Below are positions 23,761 through 36,499 of a stretch of DNA of 64,000 bases, one piece after another; position 1 is the stretch's first letter; each line of letters opens with the position of its first letter. The DNA comes from Gekko japonicus (Eukaryota): the NCBI RefSeq assembly GCF_001447785.1, contig NW_015172604.1, positions 334,140 through 398,139 of the forward strand, read 5' to 3'. The notes beneath the pieces were generated by a model that was not told where the DNA came from, made no database searches, and saw only the letters and a list, made by a program, of their open reading frames with translations. The position numbers and the translations under genes are program-made.

Positions 23761-23901
23761 CTACTCAGCTTCTGAAGTTGGCCCACAAGTACAGGCCTGA
23801 GACCAAGCAAGAGAAGAAACAGCGGCTGCTCGCTCGGGCAGAGCAGAAAGCTGCAGGAAAGGGAGATGTCCCTACCAAGAGGCCCCCAGTGCTGAGAGCA
23901 G
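23761..23901 (+). CDS. RPL7A: RPL7A exon 4
   Basis: [47 protein letters not shown]. Confidence 0.97.
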
Positions 23902-23999
23902 GTAACGTCCTAGAATCTACATGGTGAAGCTTGAGTGACCAGGAAGGTCAGTCTTGTGTGTGCATCTTTCTCGGAAGAGTGTTGGAGGCTGAACAACAG

Positions 24000-24083
24000 G
24001 CTATTGCTATGATGTATGAATTTCTTCACCTGAGCTGCAGACTGAAGAGCAAAAACACGAGCTTTTTAACCCTGAGCTTTAGC
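24000..24083 (+). ncRNA. SNORD36: Box C/D snoRNA U36 (RPL7A intron 4)
   Basis: Box C ATGATG at 24009; guide GAATTTCTTCAC (28S) with D'; guide CGAGCTTTTTAAC (18S) with D CTGA at 24072-24075. Confidence 0.92.
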
Positions 24084-24195
24084 AGGTTGTTTCCCTCCTG
24101 TTTTTTACTATGCCCAGCAACAGTTTTGATGGCTGGGTGTTGTGCATTAATACCTCTTGGACTATAATATAAGCCAGCCTTTCTAGGGAGAGTGA

Positions 24196-24414
<219 letters not shown>

Positions 24415-25844
24415 TGATATGTATCGAAAAATACGTAGTGCTTATTGCCATACACACGTCATGTTTCACACAACAGAAAAGAAATAGAGAGGCTTTCCCA
24501 TCCTCCCTGCTATATAGCCCTCCAAACAGTGGCTTCCTGAATGGTTCTTTGCAGAAGCACTGGGGGTAGGTGGGAGAGGGATTGGTTGACTTCTGGGTTC
24601 TGTCCACAGCAGAACTAAAAGCACAGTTGCCGGTGGGGGGGATCACTACATCCACTGGCAGCAAATGCTATGATTTAATGAACTGTTGAACAAGTTTCTC
24701 CTTTTGTCCTGAATCCATTGCCTATCAGGCTCGTCGTGTGCCCCAATATACAGTGCAGTGGGAGAAAACGTTCTGTGTCCACTCTTGAGAAGCCCCAGAC
24801 TCTTCACCTTTCCTCATAGGAGAGTTGCTCCAGCTGCCTTAATCTTCTTGATTGTCCTCTTCTGCACTTTTTACAGCTCTGGAACATCTTTTTTAGGTGT
24901 AGAATCCAGGGCTAGCCTGGTCTGGTCAGATCTCGGAAGCTAGGTAGGGTCGGCCTGAGAAGTCCAAGGTTGCTATGCAGTCGGTGGCAAACCACCTCTG
25001 AACGTCTCTAGCTTTGGAATCCCTCTGAGGGGGTCCCCATGTCAGCTGCTGCTTGACGGCACTTTCCCACCACCACACTCAGAGCTGTCCCATAGTATTC
25101 CAAACGTGGCTGCATCGTAGATCCATGCAAGGTCATTATAGTACTGGCCGTCTTGTTTTTAATCCCTAGCATGAAGTTTACCTTCTTCGCTATCGCTGTG
25201 CACTGACTTGAGATTGCCATTGAGTTATTCGTCAGTTCAGACGCCGTTGCCATATGTACGTCACCTTGCACTTACATTGGACATCATTTGCCGTGTTGCT
25301 GCCCACTCACCAAGTTTGTAGCAATCACTTGTAGCTCTTCATAGTCTATTTCGGTTTTCGAGAGCCTAAACTTCATAGCATCTGCAAGTTGGCCACTACT
25401 CTTCTCAAATGTTCCCTTGATAAACTGTTTACAAACCAGGTAAGTAGCATTCCATCAGTGGCTGCTACCAGCAAGGTTTAGATGGAACACTATGTCTGGG
25501 GCTGTGATGCTCTGTATTCTTGGTGCCTGGGGGGAGGGCAACAGTGGGAAGGCTTTTGGATTTCTGGCCCCACTGGTGGGCCTCCTAATGGTACGTGGGT
25601 TTTGGCTACTGTGTGACGCAGAATGTTAGACTGTATTGGCCATTGGCCTGATGCAACATGGCTTCTCATGTTCGTTCTTCGATCATCTACAGATGGTTGA
25701 TAAAACAGGATTTCCCTTTGCAGGAGCCAAGCCAATATTAGGTTTTACTGATTTACACAGAACAGATGTTATGCTAACTGCCCTGTAATTTCTTCGCTCT
25801 CCCCTCGATCCCTTTGTAAAAAATCTGCTCACAAAGCAGGGTGT

Positions 25845-25933
25845 GGCTATTGCAATGATGTTTGAATTTCTTCACCTGAAAAATACTCATGAAGAGCAAA
25901 ATGATACGAGCTTTTTAACCCTGAGCAGTGGCC
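25845..25933 (+). ncRNA. SNORD36: Box C/D snoRNA U36 (RPL7A intron 5)
   Basis: Same boxes and both guides; terminal stem GGCTATTGC/GCAGTGGCC. Confidence 0.93.
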
Positions 25934-26002
25934 TACCCAAAAAGAAATTAGCAAGCTTGTTGCAAAGACCCCAAAACCGTTGGCTCCTGCACGTGTTAGT
26001 AA

Positions 26003-26161
<159 letters not shown>

Positions 26162-26610
26162 TGAGTAACCTGTAAAGACCTTAGAAGAAACCCATTTGGG
26201 GGGTGGGGTCAGGCAACAGCTGAGCACTGGGCTTCTGGCAGTCTTGTAAGCGCCTGTCTCTCGTGACATTTGCAATATTCAGTCTGATAACAAAGCAGGA
26301 TGCCAGTGGTATCTTCAAACCTAACTTGGCTTCCTGTTTGCTGCAACAGATCAACATAGTTGCTATAATTACGCTCTGATAAATGTAGGACTCCAGAATC
26401 CCAAATGGCCAACCCTCAGCAAGTACCCATGCCCACAGCTTTGCACAGAAAGCTGAAAGAATGCCGTTACGCTAAGACCTCTTCTGCACTGAAAAGCTAT
26501 GCTTTTAATGGTTCTGTTTAGGAAGGTCCCTTGTCAGTGAAGACTGGTACCGGCATGTGGTTCTCCTTCAAAGCTGTTCTTGCTTTGCAATTGTGTTTTT
26601 TCCTCCATAG

Positions 26611-26680
26611 GGAAGACAAAGGAGCCCTGGCTAAACTGGTGGAAGCTGTGAAGACCAACTACAATGAGAGATATGATGAG
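26611..26680 (+). CDS. RPL7A: RPL7A exon 7
   Basis: [23 protein letters not shown]. Confidence 0.97.
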
Positions 26681-26964
26681 GTAAGCGTGTGCTGATTTGG
26701 TTCCTTAGGGCTAGCTATAGGGCTGTCTTCCAGTTCGTAAATGCTGGAAAAGCTGTTTCCCCATGCTTCTTTTGGTGCAACGTGGGCCACTGTCTGGTTT
26801 TATTAAGCTCACAGCAAGTAGATGAATAAGGATTAATTTTGGGGGCTGGGACTCTGCCCCAGACTGTGTGTAGATGTCATGGCACTATGTGGACCAAAAG
26901 CGATGGAAAGGAACACAAGGCAGTAGTCGTCATAAATCCAGCTTGTTGGTTTTAACCTGGGTAA

Positions 26965-27150
<186 letters not shown>

Positions 27151-27186
27151 ATGGATCAGATTTTCCTCAAATTTTTCTGTACATAA

Positions 27187-27192
27187 AATAAA
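27187..27192 (+). terminator. RPL7A: RPL7A polyadenylation signal
   Basis: AATAAA 36 nt after the stop codon. Confidence 0.85.
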
Positions 27193-27484
27193 ATTGTAAA
27201 CAAAAATGGAGTCTTTTATAGAAGTTATTATCCCTTGTAATGGCCAAAATGACTGTACCGTGTAAGAGGATGGTGTTATTGACTAGTACATACACACACA
27301 CACATTCTACCGGCCCAGCTGGAGGGGCTTTGACTACCTCCCCCTTTAGGAGCTGTCTGTTGTTGCACAGTATCCTGGTTTCAGGTGTCCTGCACGTTCT
27401 TCCAGGAAGGAGCTCCGCTAGATAAAAAAGACACTCAGTTCACTATAAACTTCTTGCATTCTGTCTTTGTAACTGCCCTTGTTT

Positions 27485-27490
27485 TTTATT
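27485..27490 (-). terminator. SURF1: Probable SURF1 polyadenylation signal
   Basis: AATAAA on the minus strand ~545 nt after the stop codon; convergent with the RPL7A 3' end. Confidence 0.6.
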
Positions 27491-28033
27491 GCAGAGGAAG
27501 GTAGGGAAAAATGCAGCCAACCCCATCTTCAAACTTCTTACATGATGTAGTACAAAAACAGTCGCAGGGCTTCAGTCTTGGTAACCAGAAAAATGACAAA
27601 AAGCTGAAAACCATCTTATGATTTATTAACCAGTCCCATATTTCAAGAAATCTGATGGCTTGGGTCACAGTTCTGGCATTCTGCCCCAAACTTTCCTCAA
27701 ACTGCTGTACAGTCACTGATTTTTTCCATTTGCTTCTGAAGCTGAAGAACAAGAACCTTCGTGCCAAGAGTGGCATCCTGTTTTCTCCCCTTTCAGCTCT
27801 GCCTTCTGCATTTAATGAACCCTGATTGGTAAACCTTTGATCCAAGTAACCTCCTGGCCCTCCCAAGATTAATTTGTGCTTACGACACCTGTAGCCAGCT
27901 TCCAGCAGAACACCTAGACACTGCCTTCTAGCCATGATCAGTGAGTGACCTGTGAAATAGTCAGCTGCTTTGTGACTATTCTGGCTGAACAAGACAGCTG
28001 CTCTTACAAGCCACTGCATTAAGGAACTGAATC

Positions 28034-28100
28034 TCAGAGGTGCACTTTCTGGATGAACTTCTTGTACCACATGTACGATGTGGCTGCACACAAGCCATAC
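28034..28100 (-). CDS. SURF1: SURF1 exon 9
   Basis: (W)YGLCAATSYMWYKKFIQKVHL*. Confidence 0.95.
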
Positions 28101-29100
28101 CTGTGGAGAATGAAGAAACAAAAAGTTCAGGAGAATCCACCAGGCTAAACTTTATGTACATACGGTTCAGGGCACACAGTTAAATAAGTTCATGATCCTG
28201 TTCTCTGGCACAAACCCAAAACTAGAGCTCGGCAGTGTACATGATTCTTCACGTTTTATAACAATCCTGTGAGGCAGATTAGGGGAAGACAGTGTCATTG
28301 GCCCAAGGGTACCCAACAAGCTTCATGGTGCAGTGAGAATTTAATGATACAGCTCTGTCAGCCTAAAGACCATGAGCTGCATCACACTCATTTTGTATCA
28401 ATACTCTAGAAACAAATTTTGCCACTGATATGGTTGCATTAGGATACGACCCAGCCAGCAGGGATTTCAATTTGTTGTGTCTGTCTGCCTGATGCAAACA
28501 ACAATGTCCTATCAGAATAAGGCCCACTACTGTGTCAACCATATAATCAGAGAGGTTTGAACCTGGCTCATCCTAAACACAATGGCTTGTGATTAATCAG
28601 GGGTGCCAGGGTTTTCTACACCCAATGATATAGTTGATAGTTTCACAAGCCCAGACCTGCATGACTTGCAGGGAGGTATCGTGCCTGACTAGCTTCACCA
28701 TCCCACCTTCTTCCTAGCCTGCCCACCCACCCAACACTCGCTTCAATGGCCCAGCCACAGTGGAAAAGCAGGAGCTTTATTCAGTGCTTGGGCAGACGAC
28801 AGTCTTTTATTTTGGGGGATTTAAACTCCCACTCCCTTATTTTCAGTTTGTAAATTTTATTGAAAAACCTTGGGAGAGGGGGGTCCCCAAGTTTACTGTC
28901 AGTGTGGCCCTAATCCACAGATGGGGCCACACTTCACTATTGAAGTATATGATGATGCCCTGCTTCTTCTCCCCAGAGGAGGACCCTAAAGGAGCTTTGC
29001 CGCCTACAGCAATTCTGTGAAGGTAAGCTGAGAGAGTGAGGATCCAAGCCTGGGTCTCCTTGACCCTCATCCAGCACTCTTAACTGTTCCATCATGCTTA

Positions 29101-29459
29101 AAGGTAAAGGTTCCCTTGCTCGAAAGCCAGTTGAATCCGACTCTAAGGTCTAGGGTTGCGGTGCTCATCTCCATTTCAAAGCCAAAGAGCCAGCGCTGTC
29201 CGAAGACGTTTCCGTGGTCATGTGGCCGGCGTGACTAAACACCAAGGCGCACGGAACGCTGTTCCCTTCCCACCGAAGCAGTACCTATTTATCTACTTGC
29301 AATTTCTTGCTTTCGAACTGCTAGGTTGGCAGGAGCTGGAACTAGAGACGGGAGCTCACTCCATCATGCGGCACACTCGGGTCTCGAACTGCTGAACTAC
29401 TGACCTTCCACAGCCTGCAGTTTAGCGTCTTCACCACTTGAGCCACCGCAGCTCCTCCT
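29101..29459 (-). mobile_element. Sauria-type SINE, full length
   Basis: tRNA-like A and B boxes, ACCTTT tail, TSD TCATGCTTAA. Confidence 0.88.
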
Positions 29460-30110
29460 TCATGCTTAACAGTTCCTTATTTCTCATAGGCCACTAAGAA
29501 TGCAGAACATGGGCCAAGATCCTTGCAAGCAAGTCCTGCTACTGCAGCTACCGCTTTCTCCACACTTCTCGGTTTTGCCCTAGGCTGCCAGTTGCTGACT
29601 CCACTGACAGATTCTCCACTGGTTGTGAAGGTTAACCCTCCCACTAGATACAGCCATGCGAAGTGGGCGGCATCCATCAGCTCTCTCCTGTTGCTTCCAC
29701 TGTGGCCAAAACCAGGAGCAGGTGGACAGGTAGGATATCTGTCACCCACACAGGCACATGGCATCTTTCATCCCTTTAGGTCCCAGCAGACAGGTAGAAG
29801 CCTGGCTTCCCAGAAAGTGCCTATGCTAAAAAAACCAGTCAGACATGACATCCATACCAGCCCTGAAGAGCTGGGTGCTGGAGCAGCAGAGATTCATCTG
29901 GGATGCTGAGTCTGCTGATGACCATTCATCACCAGGATACCCTCCATCCATTAAAGGAGGACAAAACACGGGATTTGCCACTAGAGGATTTGTATCAGTG
30001 GACGGGAGGTAGTCAGGAGCCTCACCTACATTCAGCCCTGGGAACGTGGTAAAGCCCAGTGGTGTATGACCCCCCCCCCGACTCCCTGCAAAGAGAGAAG
30101 GCTTACTCAC

Positions 30111-30192
30111 CAGGTAATAATATACTGCATGTGCTCATTTCTCAAGGTCACTCTTGTCTGGCCTCCAATTGGCCCCCCTGGGACTGTGCTCT
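30111..30192 (-). CDS. SURF1: SURF1 exon 8
   Basis: [26 protein letters not shown](W). Confidence 0.96.
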
Positions 30193-31561
30193 CTATGGAT
30201 ACAGGAGGGAAACAGAAATGACTCGTAACTATACAGGAAAAGAAGACATGCATTTATTTGAGAAACTAGTAATAAGGCCTGTTGTGGAAATAAACACGAG
30301 CTCTAGAAAGAGACTTGGGTACTCAGCGTCAATATGCTGTACTGACCTCAGCATAGAATGATGACGGAGCCCACCACTTTCTTCAGGGGAACTGATCTCT
30401 GCCATCTGAAAAGCAGCTGTAGTTCTGAGTGATCTCCACTCCTCACCTGGAGATTGGCAGCAGTGGTTCCCCAGGAAGAAATGGCTGGTTTGGAGGGCAT
30501 TGTAGCTGTCTGAGGTCCCAACCCTCCTCAAACTCCACCCTCTCCAGGGTCCACCCCTCAAATCTCCAGGAGTTTCCCAACCTGGAGCTGGCAATCCTAT
30601 CTCCTTCCCAGCCAATCATCAACCTACCTTTATTTGCCCCTCTGACTTCGGCTTTCCATCTCTCCCCCCACCTGCAGCCTCTACCCTGTCGTAGGGGGGC
30701 CATCTCACCAGGGTATAAGGACACAGAGTCCACCATTTTCTCCAGGGGAACTGATCTCTGCCAACTGGAGAACAGTTGTAATTCTGAGTGATCTTCAGCC
30801 ACAACCTGGAGATTGGCAACAGTGGTTCCCCAGGAGAATAGCACAGTCTTTCTCCACAGTGGCTTACATCATTCTCCTCTCCCCCTTTTGATCTGCACAA
30901 CAACCCTGTGAAGCACATTAGGCTGAAAGTCTGTGACTGGTCCGAAATCACCCACTCAGCTTCCATGGCAAGAACCTGGGTCTGCTCTGAAGTGCTAACT
31001 TCTATGCCACACTGCCTGTGGTATTGCCTCATATCACAACTGAACTACAGACAATAGATCTCTCTCGCCCCCTGGAGAAAATAGCTGCTTTGAAGGGTGG
31101 ACTCTATGGCATTGCATTCAGCTGAGGCCTCTCCCCTCCCCAAACCCTGGCTTCCGTAGACCACCACAAAATCTCCAGGAATTTCCCAACCTGGAGCAGG
31201 CAACCCTAGTCAGGACTGGCCCCAATGAGTTCCCTACAAAGGCCTGGAAAGGGCCTCCTGTCTTTGCCTTTTTACTGACACAACCAAGCCCAGTTGCCTA
31301 GTAACAGTCACTGAGGGAAAAGTTAGTCCCACGGGAGCCAAGCAGGAGAAGTGTCTTTGTTAGGAGAGACAGCCGTTTTGACAGTTTATTCTGTGAGGGA
31401 AGAGTGTCCAGGCTAAGAGTGGGCAGGGGAGAGGAGCAGACCCAGCACCCAGCCAATGGCACACGAGTAATCTTGAAGGGCAATTGATGGGCCAATGGCT
31501 GATGGAGTGCACAGCACAGCCAATTCTCCAATGCATTACTGGAATTATACACACACACACA

Positions 31562-32868
31562 CTAGGAATAAAGCCCGTTGCGGAATGAAATGAAACGGTC
31601 TCTAGTAAGAGGGCCTGGGAGAGTGCTGCAGCCTGCATCAGCCCCCCCCCCCCACCCGGCAACTACTGGATGCAGGGTTGGCCCTCACCGAAGCCGGAGG
31701 CAGGAGTTAGGTGCTGTGGCCGCTCCTGACCTCTCCAGAAGAAGGGGCGTCATCGTCCTGGTTGTCCAGGCCCACCAGCGGTTAGAGCAGTGGCCTGCTG
31801 CCAGCCGTGTCCTGGTTCCTGCTCACGGGATCGGCAAGTAGGAGGTGGTTTGTGCATCGGCACATCTGCAGCGGTGAGGGGTGGTGGTGGGTGCGGGGCC
31901 CGTAACAGAGCGCCAGCAGAGGCGCCTTGCCGGAGGATGATAGGGCGGCTGGCAGAGGGGCGGCCTCCCGCCGCAGAGGCAGGCACTGCCCCACTGCTGC
32001 TTCATCCTCGGCTGCTTCAGAGTAGAGCCGCGGCCCTCTGCCGCCGCCTGCGTCCCAGTTCCCACTTGTGGGGTCGGCGAGGAGGTGGTTGGTGCGGCGG
32101 TGCCTCTGCAGCAGTGAGGGCTTGTGGTGGCCCCAGGAGGGGCTGTAATGGAGTGTCTGGAGAGTCGCCTCGCTGGAGGACAACAGGGCGGCTGGCGGAG
32201 GGGCACTCTCCCGTCGCAACCACTGCTGCCGCCACCACTTCCGAGTTCGGTGGCGGCTAAGCAGCAGCACCACAGACCGTGAAGTGGTTGTAAAAGCGGG
32301 CTGGGGGCCGTCTCAGCAGCATAGCCAGGCGAGGAGAGGCGGTAGCATCCTCTGGGCTGAGGCGCCGCTGCTGCCGTCTTCCACTCGCTCACACAGGCCT
32401 CCAGCGGGGCTTCTGAACCGCCTGGCCCGACCTCCCCGCAGCCCAGTGAGCGCCCTCAGAGGGCAGGCGGTGATGTGGCTTGGGGGCCCCAGGGCGGGTC
32501 AGACGGAGCTCCCCCAAGGCGCTTCCAGATACTCGCTAACTTGCCCAGGCAGCCATCGGCGTATGAGTACCCTGCGCTCCCCCCTCCACCTAGCCACCAC
32601 AGATTTGTTAAGTTTTCTGGCCTCTTGCCCCGCTCCCGGCCTTCGTGCCAGTTGGTCTGGTGACCCTCTGCCTGCCGGAAGGTCCATCCCGTCAGTCAGC
32701 TGACAGCAGACTGAGGTCGAGAGAATTGCCACCGCTGCCATGGGCAGGACTCAGCAACGCAGCCAGCCAACGGAGGCAGTACTTTCTGATTGGCAGCTGA
32801 GGGAGCCAACTGATTTTGGCACGAATAGAACTTTGCCACCCCAAATCGCTTTTATTAATAAGGAGAGA
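31562..32868 (-). mobile_element. Non-autonomous Helitron-like element
   Basis: On the minus strand starts a|TCTCTCCTTATTAATAAAAG and ends with a CCGTT...AACGG hairpin followed by CTTTATTCCTAG|t; inserted between A and T with no TSD; GC-rich internal repeats. Confidence 0.72.
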
Positions 32869-33354
32869 TAGGATACAATGCAGCACAGACTGGGGGCCGA
32901 ATGATGTGAAAGGGATCCCCTTCCCCGTCCTCTGCCAACACCCGGAGGCTCCTCCTGTGCTCTTGGGAGAAACCCCTCTCCTTTCCATTAACAGCCATGT
33001 GTTATTTATCACCCTTGTTAACTGAGCTGTCCCACAAAGCACTAAGAATGCTTGCAAATGTTCTATGCAGCACAGCTACTGAACTCATTCAGCCTGTTCA
33101 TGTAGGCTCTACAGTGGTCATAGGCAACCCACCAGACACCTCTCTCCTGAATTGTCCTGCTTTAAATTGGCCTCCTGCAACCCAAAAAGCAAGTCATTGC
33201 CAGCTCCCACAGAACTTGATCTTAGTAACTGTGACACTGCAGAACCCAGGGACCTCAGAGGAAAACAAAGTCAGGTCCCCACTCTTTGTAGTCCTCCGCA
33301 CTGCCCTCATTATCAGTCCCAAAATTAGGAAGGGGAAAGTGGGGGGAGGCTTAC

Positions 33355-33517
33355 TGTAATCCGCATCGATAAAAATGGGCTCAGCTCCGGTCACTCTTGC
33401 CATGGCTTCCAGGTCTCGGTAATGCCAGCGGTTCTGCTCCACGTTGTTCTCTGGGACAAAGGGCTTGCGGGTTTCAGACAGCCTCACCACTCCGGTGAGC
33501 TCCACTTCTTCCTGGAT
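33355..33517 (-). CDS. SURF1: SURF1 exon 7
   Basis: [54 protein letters not shown]. Confidence 0.96.
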
Positions 33518-34277
33518 CTGAAACACAGAGAGTCAGATAGCGGCTCCCTTCTGCTTTTGCAAAACCCACTCAAAGATTCCAGCATTTCCAAGACCTCATC
33601 AGAGAATTCGGCAAGTATGCTGGCTGCCATTCTGTGAGACTACTTGTGGTGTTTCGCTATACAGTATTTGGTGTGTATTTTATCTCTGTGATTTAATGTG
33701 GGGTTTTATATGTCTGTTGCTGTGAGTTTAAAATGTAGGGCTGAAGAGTAAGAAAGGGGTGGCTGGATAAGTGACTGAAGTGGTTTATGACTGGATGGTA
33801 GCTGCACCTGAGGGGGTGGAGTTGACTGGTTTGTAGAGGGGGTGTTTGTTCAAAATGTGTACAGAAGGAGAATGAGAGCGGAAAGTGCAGAGAGAGAGGA
33901 AAAACAGGTTGCTTACCCCAGTAACTGGTGATCTTTGAGTGGTCATCTGTGCATTCACACCCATGGGATTCAGTGCGCATGCGCATGCGTTGGATCGATC
34001 GGTGCTGTAGCAAGCTCTATTTTAATGGATTTTTGTGCCCAGTCCCTCTGGGTATGCGCAGGAACCCCACCACACATGCCCAGAGGGGTGGGCACGGACA
34101 TCCCACCAGTTCCTTCAAAGTACCGCCTCAATCAACCCACACGCAAAAACGCGTAGAAGCTGACAGCAGCGGGGAAGGAGGGCGGGTGGTGTTTATCTTC
34201 AACGTGGTCTCTGTGCTTCACGCCCATGGGAGACTAGCGAGCAGTAGCCTACCTAGAGGTGGGTGCTGACAGGTCAG

Positions 34278-35217
34278 TTACTGTGTGGCCGAAGACAGAA
34301 TTTGACGTCCCATGTTGGTATTGGTGTTCTTGCGGACGTCTAGGGCGTAGTGCCTGATGAAAGTGTTAGGCGTGGCCCAGGTAGTGGCTTTGCAAATGTC
34401 CAGCAATGGCACTCCCTGGAGGAAGGCAGTGGAAGTCGCGACAGCCCTGGTGGAATGTGCCCTGATAGGGCCAGGCAAATGGCTGCTTCGCGAGTAGGTA
34501 GCAGAGTTGGATCAGACCAACGATCCACTTTGACAGGTGTTGCGCCGTGATGTGACTGCCTAGCCGTGCTGAAGCGTACGAGACGAACAGCTGTGGGTCT
34601 CGTCTAGTTGGATGTGTCCTCTGTAGCTAGAACAAAAGAGCCCTCTTGACATCCAGAGTGTGAAGCAATCTGTCCTCCTCTGACACGGGGTTCGGAAAGA
34701 AGTCTGGGAGGAAGACCTCCGCCTGCAGGTGGAACTCCGACACCACCTTTGGCAGGAAGGAAATGTCTGGCACTTAGCATACTCCATCTGGCAGAAGTGA
34801 CAGGTAGGGTGTGTCGTGACGGAAAGCCAGAATCTCTCCCACTCGCCTAGCTGAGGTGATGGCAATTAAAAAGGCCATTTTCCAAGCCAGGAGTTTGAGC
34901 TCACACGTTGCGAGTGGCTCAAAAGGCTTCCTCGTCAACTGGCGTAGAACTAGTGGAAGGTCCCCTGGAGCAGCCGGAGTTTTGAGAGAAGGGTAGAGAT
35001 GAAGCAAACCCTTTAAAAACCGTTTTGAAAGTGGATGTGAAAACAAGGTACATCCGTCAACTGGAACATGGTAGGCCGATAATGCGGCCAAATAAACTTT
35101 TAACAAGGAATGGGAAAGTCCAGAGTCAGCTAATGAGAGAAGAATACTAAAAACTCTATCAAGGCCAGCCGAGGTGGCATGAGTCCATCGCCCAGAAAAG
35201 AACAGAACTTCCTCCAT
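34278..35217 (-). pseudogene. DIRS tyrosine recombinase remnant (frameshifted)
   Basis: AFLIAITSARRVGE, AHSTRAVATS and ATWATPNTFIRHY motifs split across frames. Confidence 0.88.
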
Positions 35218-35270
35218 TTATAGTCATACGACTTCCGTGTGGTTGGCATTCTAGAATTCAGGAGGACTAA

Positions 35271-36330
35271 CTACACGGGAAGAGAAGTCTGTGGTGTTAT
35301 GCGCCATGCCGTCAGTTTCAGCTGAGGGATATTATTGAGTAGAGGGAGGAAGGAGGTGACAGCGTTTTTTATGGCCAGGAGTACGAGGAAGTTTATGTGC
35401 TTTCTCCTTGTCTGTGCTTCCCATCTGTCTCCTACAGACAGCCCCATGGAGTGTGCACCCCATCCCGTCATGGAGGCATCGGTAGTCATGGTGACCTCTG
35501 GCGACGGAGGGTGGAAGGGCGCTCCCTGTAAAATATTTGAAGGAACAGTCCACCAAAGTAAAGAGTCCTGAATACTGGGAGGAGGGGATAGGACGACTGA
35601 ATGTGTGTTGAGCGACATGTTGTAATGGTGGAGAAACCAAAGTTGCAAGGGACGCATCCTGAGTCTGGCGAAGACCAGAACCGACGTAGTTGCTGCCATT
35701 AACCCCAGCAACCTCTGGCTCTGAAAGGCGGTGACGGAAGGGTGGGTGCGGATGATGGTGGCGAGGGAGATTGTATCTGCTGCCCGGTCGTTGGGCAAGT
35801 AAGCCATGCATGCCTGTGAATCCAGCATAGCGCCGATGTATTGAATGCACTGGACTGGACACAAGTGAGATTTTTGCCTGTTGACCCGAAGGCCCAGGTT
35901 TTCCAGCAACGACAGAGTCTCTGTGACGTTTGAGACTAGGGCGGTTTCTGAAGGTGCCACCAGAAGCCAATCGTCTATGTAGGAGTAGATAAAGATACCC
36001 CGGAGGCGGAGGAAAGCAGCAACCACAATCATGGTCTTCGTAAAAACCTTTGGTGCGCTGGAGAGGCCGAATGGGAGTGCCATATACTGAAAATGGCGAC
36101 AACCAATCATAAAGCGTAGGTATTGGCGGTGGGAGGGATGGATAGTGATATGGAAATATGCATCCTGGAGGTCGAGGGTGGCCATTGAGACGTTTCTGCG
36201 AAGGAGTGGCAGGATCTGTTGAAGCGACACCATGCGGAAGCGGTGATAAGCCACCTAACAGTTCAACTCCCTGAGATCTAAGATGGGTCAAACGCCCCCA
36301 TCTCTCTTCGGGACTGTAAAATATCGGGAA
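35271..36330 (-). pseudogene. DIRS reverse transcriptase / RNase H remnant
   Basis: LDLQDAYFH, LPFGLSSAP, YIDDWL and TTDASMTGWGAH motifs; interrupted upstream by stops or frameshifts. Confidence 0.9.
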
Positions 36331-36499
36331 TAGAACCCCGTCCAGTGGAGGTGTAATGGTACATGTTCGATGGCTCCCTTCTGCAGAAGGACGGACACCT
36401 CCTGGAGAAGACGCGGGGAAGGGGGTGTGGACATGACGACTGACGCATTGGGGTTCTGAATGAATTCGATTTTGTATCCTCGGGTCAAGAGGTGATGCA

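Noticed and set aside
27486-28121. 211-aa minus-strand ORF over the last SURF1 exon
   Set aside because: Different frame from the conserved SURF1 C-terminus; runs through 3' UTR with no homology
35332-36291. 319-aa ORF overlapping the DIRS reverse transcriptase
   Set aside because: Overlapping open frames are normal in DIRS elements; not an independent host gene
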